A program made the translations under genes and the position numbers. The notes under the pieces were generated by a model that ran no database searches, was not told where the DNA came from, and saw nothing but the letters and a program-made list of their open reading frames with translations. DNA of 18,503 nt from Coleofasciculus chthonoplastes F2-STO-03 (GTDB taxonomy: Bacteria > Cyanobacteriota > Cyanobacteriia > Cyanobacteriales > Coleofasciculaceae): the NCBI GenBank assembly GCA_040222015.1, contig JAVJWO010000169.1, positions 1 to 18,503 on the forward strand, written 5' to 3'. Below, piece after piece: positions 16,168 through 18,503 of this stretch; position 1 is the first letter of the stretch, and each line of letters opens with the position of its first letter.

Positions 16168-17148
16168 ATGAACCCCGATCGCACTCCCGATAGTCAACCC
16201 CATCCCTCCTTTGTCCCGAAGGTATCCGTCGTTGTCCCCATCTACAACGGTGCAGCCGACATACCCGACTTAATCCAGTGTCTCTTCTCACAAACGTACC
16301 CCAAGGATCAGGTAGAATACCTCCTCGTAGACAATAATAGCCGCGATCGCACCCCTGATATCCTGCACCAAGCGGCTCAAGACGCCGAAGCTCAAGGCAT
16401 CACCCTTCACCCCCTCACTGAAAACCAGATTCAAAGTTCCTACGCCGCTCGCAATACAGGCATCAAAGCCTCCACTGGTGAAATTCTAGCCTTCACTGAT
16501 GCCGATTGTCGCCCCCTTCCCCAGTGGTTAAGTCTCTTAGTTCAGCCCTTTGTCAATCCCAAAGTCGGATTAGTTGTGGGTGAAATTTCCGCTTTACCCG
16601 GTAAAACCTTGCTCGAAAAACACGCCGAACGCCAAGGAACATTAAGCCAAAAAAACACCCTGGATCACCCATTTTATCCCTACGGTCAAACCGCCAACTT
16701 AGCCATTCGTCGTCAAGCCTTACAAGAAGTCGGCTTATTCCGTCCCTACATGACAACTGGAGGAGATGCGGATATTTGTTGGCGAATTCAGCGTCAGACT
16801 CAATGGCAACTAGACTTTGCTGAAACAGCCATTATCCAACACCGTCACCGTACTAACCTAAAGGAATTCCGTAGCCAATGGCAACGCTATGGACGTTCAA
16901 ATAAATACTTACACGAACTGCACGGCGTTGAGTTGCAACCGAAATTAACCTCAAAAAAATCTTTATATTTAATCAGTCGTTGGCTGCTCAAAGAATTGCC
17001 ACTAACCAGCGGACAAGTTATTGCCGGAAAAGCCTCTTTTGGGGATGTGCTAAAAACTCCAATTAATCTGTACGGCGCTTGGTATCGCGACCTCGGGCAA
17101 CAACAAACTCAACTCGATGAAAAAGCGAATAAAATTGATTGGCTGTAA
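16168..17148 (+). CDS. Glycosyltransferase family 2
   Basis: VSVVVPIYNG, LVDNNSRDRT, YAARNTG, AFTDADC, ANLAIRR, GGDADICWR and QWQRYG. Confidence 0.93.
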   Translation: MNPDRTPDSQPHPSFVPKVSVVVPIYNGAADIPDLIQCLFSQTYPKDQVEYLLVDNNSRDRTPDILHQAAQDAEAQGITLHPLTENQIQSSYAARNTGIKASTGEILAFTDADCRPLPQWLSLLVQPFVNPKVGLVVGEISALPGKTLLEKHAERQGTLSQKNTLDHPFYPYGQTANLAIRRQALQEVGLFRPYMTTGGDADICWRIQRQTQWQLDFAETAIIQHRHRTNLKEFRSQWQRYGRSNKYLHELHGVELQPKLTSKKSLYLISRWLLKELPLTSGQVIAGKASFGDVLKTPINLYGAWYRDLGQQQTQLDEKANKIDWL

Positions 17149-17171
17149 ATAATTTTTTAATTTTGAAGGGT

Positions 17172-17230
17172 GTAGGGGCGGGTTTTACCATTATCGTTAC
17201 TTGTCACCCAGATGTCACTAAACCCGCCCC
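17172..17230. repeat. Complete GTAG-type REP hairpin
   Basis: GTAGGGGCGGGTTTTACC, a spacer of about 30 nt, then AAACCCGCCCC, located just after a stop codon. Confidence 0.85.
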
Positions 17231-17328
17231 CTCTGAATGACAGCGTAACGCCGATTTGCCGATTCGTTTGATTCTTGTGTTATAACAGAGCTGGTTAGAC
17301 TCCCTAGCGACAACTCACCCCGACAGTT

Positions 17329-18261
17329 ATGCCAACGCCTCAGATTGCTGCGATTATCTGTACTCACAACCGAGATGCGTATCTAGGCGCTGCCATTGAT
17401 AGCCTATTAGCCCAAGATTGTGATAATTTTATAGTCGTAGTGGTCGATAACGCCTCTAGCGATCGCACTCGTGAGATTGTTGAAGCCCGTATCTCTCACC
17501 CTCAGCTAAAATACGTTTACGAACCCGTTATCGGTCTTTCCGTAGCACGCAATACGGGCGCAAAGGAAACCACTGCTCCTATTCTCGCCTATTTAGATGA
17601 TGATGCCGTCGCCAGTCCCCAATGGCTGAGAGTTCTCCTAGAGGCTTATCACCAAAATGAAAAATTGGCAGTAGCTGGCGGTAAAGTCACCCTAATCTGG
17701 CCCCCCGGCGTCGAACCCCCCAGCTGGATATCCCCAGAACTCGCTGGCAATCTAGGACTGTATGATCTCGGAGATAGCGTCGTTTATATCAAAGAACCTG
17801 GTTTAACACCCAGAGGCTTAAACTACTCCATCCGGCGTACCTTCTTAGAACAAATTGGCGGTTTTGATCCTAATCTAGGACGTCAAGGTAAAAAATTACT
17901 CTCCAACGAAGAATTATACGTGACCGAACTCGCCCTCAAACAAAGCTGGCAAGTAGCCTATCTCCCCGATGCCGTCGCCGCCCATAACGTCGCCCCAGAA
18001 CGCCTCAAAGCCAGCTGGTTTTTACAGCGTAGCTGGTGGCAAGGGATTAGCGAATGTTATCGCGAAGAAGTGGCAGGTCGAACTGGGGTACGTCAGTTAG
18101 GACGAGGAGGAGAACGCATCGCCCGGGGACTCTACAAATCTGCGAAACATTTGACTGACCCAGCCAAACGGTTCGATAATCTAGTTTACGCTTATGGGCA
18201 GATTGGTTATCTAAGTGCCGCCATTCAAGCTATGCTAATCAAACCCAAGGATGAAGTCTGA
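17329..18261 (+). CDS. Glycosyltransferase family 2
   Basis: [47 protein letters not shown] and RSWWQG. Confidence 0.93.
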   Translation: MPTPQIAAIICTHNRDAYLGAAIDSLLAQDCDNFIVVVVDNASSDRTREIVEARISHPQLKYVYEPVIGLSVARNTGAKETTAPILAYLDDDAVASPQWLRVLLEAYHQNEKLAVAGGKVTLIWPPGVEPPSWISPELAGNLGLYDLGDSVVYIKEPGLTPRGLNYSIRRTFLEQIGGFDPNLGRQGKKLLSNEELYVTELALKQSWQVAYLPDAVAAHNVAPERLKASWFLQRSWWQGISECYREEVAGRTGVRQLGRGGERIARGLYKSAKHLTDPAKRFDNLVYAYGQIGYLSAAIQAMLIKPKDEV

Positions 18262-18267
18262 ATGATG

Positions 18268-18384
18268 AGGGAACTGGGGAAGATGGGGGAGATGGGGGAG
18301 CAGAGGGAGATGGGGGAGCAGAGGGAGATGGGGGAGCAGGGGAAGCAGGGGGAGCAGGGGAAGCAGGGGGAGCAGGGGGAGCAG
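18268..18384. repeat. G-rich nonamer tandem repeat (GGGGAGCAG/GGGGAGATG, about 13 units)
   Basis: A 9-nt periodicity is directly visible after the GT2 stop codon. Confidence 0.9.
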
Positions 18385-18503
18385 AATTACCAATGAACAA
18401 TGAACAATCAGCAAATGACGAATGACAAATGACGAATGACGAATGACAAATGACGAATGACAAATGACCAATGACAAATGACCAATGACAAATGACCAAT
18501 GAC
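18385..18503. repeat. Heptamer STRR (AATGACA/AATGACG/AATGACC), runs off the window
   Basis: A 7-nt periodicity is directly visible and is typical of cyanobacterial STRRs. Confidence 0.92.

Noticed and set aside
1021..16756. Other short ORF-track entries (e.g. 1021..1284, 2269..2655, 2360..2596, 3272..3487, 3828..4034, 4926..5141, 8690..8908, 13361..13642, 13764..14009, 15559..15952, 16049..16291, 16553..16756)
   Set aside because: These are antisense or alternate-frame shadows of well-supported genes.
18235..18503. ORFs 18235..18477 and 18239..18499, or a CRISPR array
   Set aside because: These are translations of 7- and 9-nt tandem repeats, with no unique spacers between repeats.

Overview
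This is cyanobacterial DNA: I counted 10 HIP1 GCGATCGC octamers by eye, plus GTAG-type REP hairpins and STRR tandem repeats. The repeat types suggest a filamentous, Coleofasciculus/Microcoleus-like genome (inference). From left to right: (1) a minus-strand HEARO/omegaRNA-like structured RNA of an IS200/IS605 IscB/IsrB-type element, whose ORF would lie off-window, abutting half of a REP hairpin; (2) an orphan ParA ATPase; (3) an AT-rich SAM methyltransferase bracketed by 29-nt direct repeats; (4) a co-oriented three-gene unit encoding an RcaD-like winged-helix protein, a 658-aa P-loop ATPase and an 863-aa fusion of a DEDDy exonuclease, an Fe-S PD-(D/E)XK nuclease and an FtsK motor, which is the best candidate for an undescribed DNA-processing or anti-phage system; (5) an exopolysaccharide locus with a sulfotransferase-like gene, GT2/GT4-like glycosyltransferases, an Npun_R2821/R2822-like gene plus a stranded paralogous 3' fragment, and a pyruvyltransferase + FrhB-like reductase pair; (6) compound short tandem repeats. 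All family calls come from motif recognition; no database searches were run.
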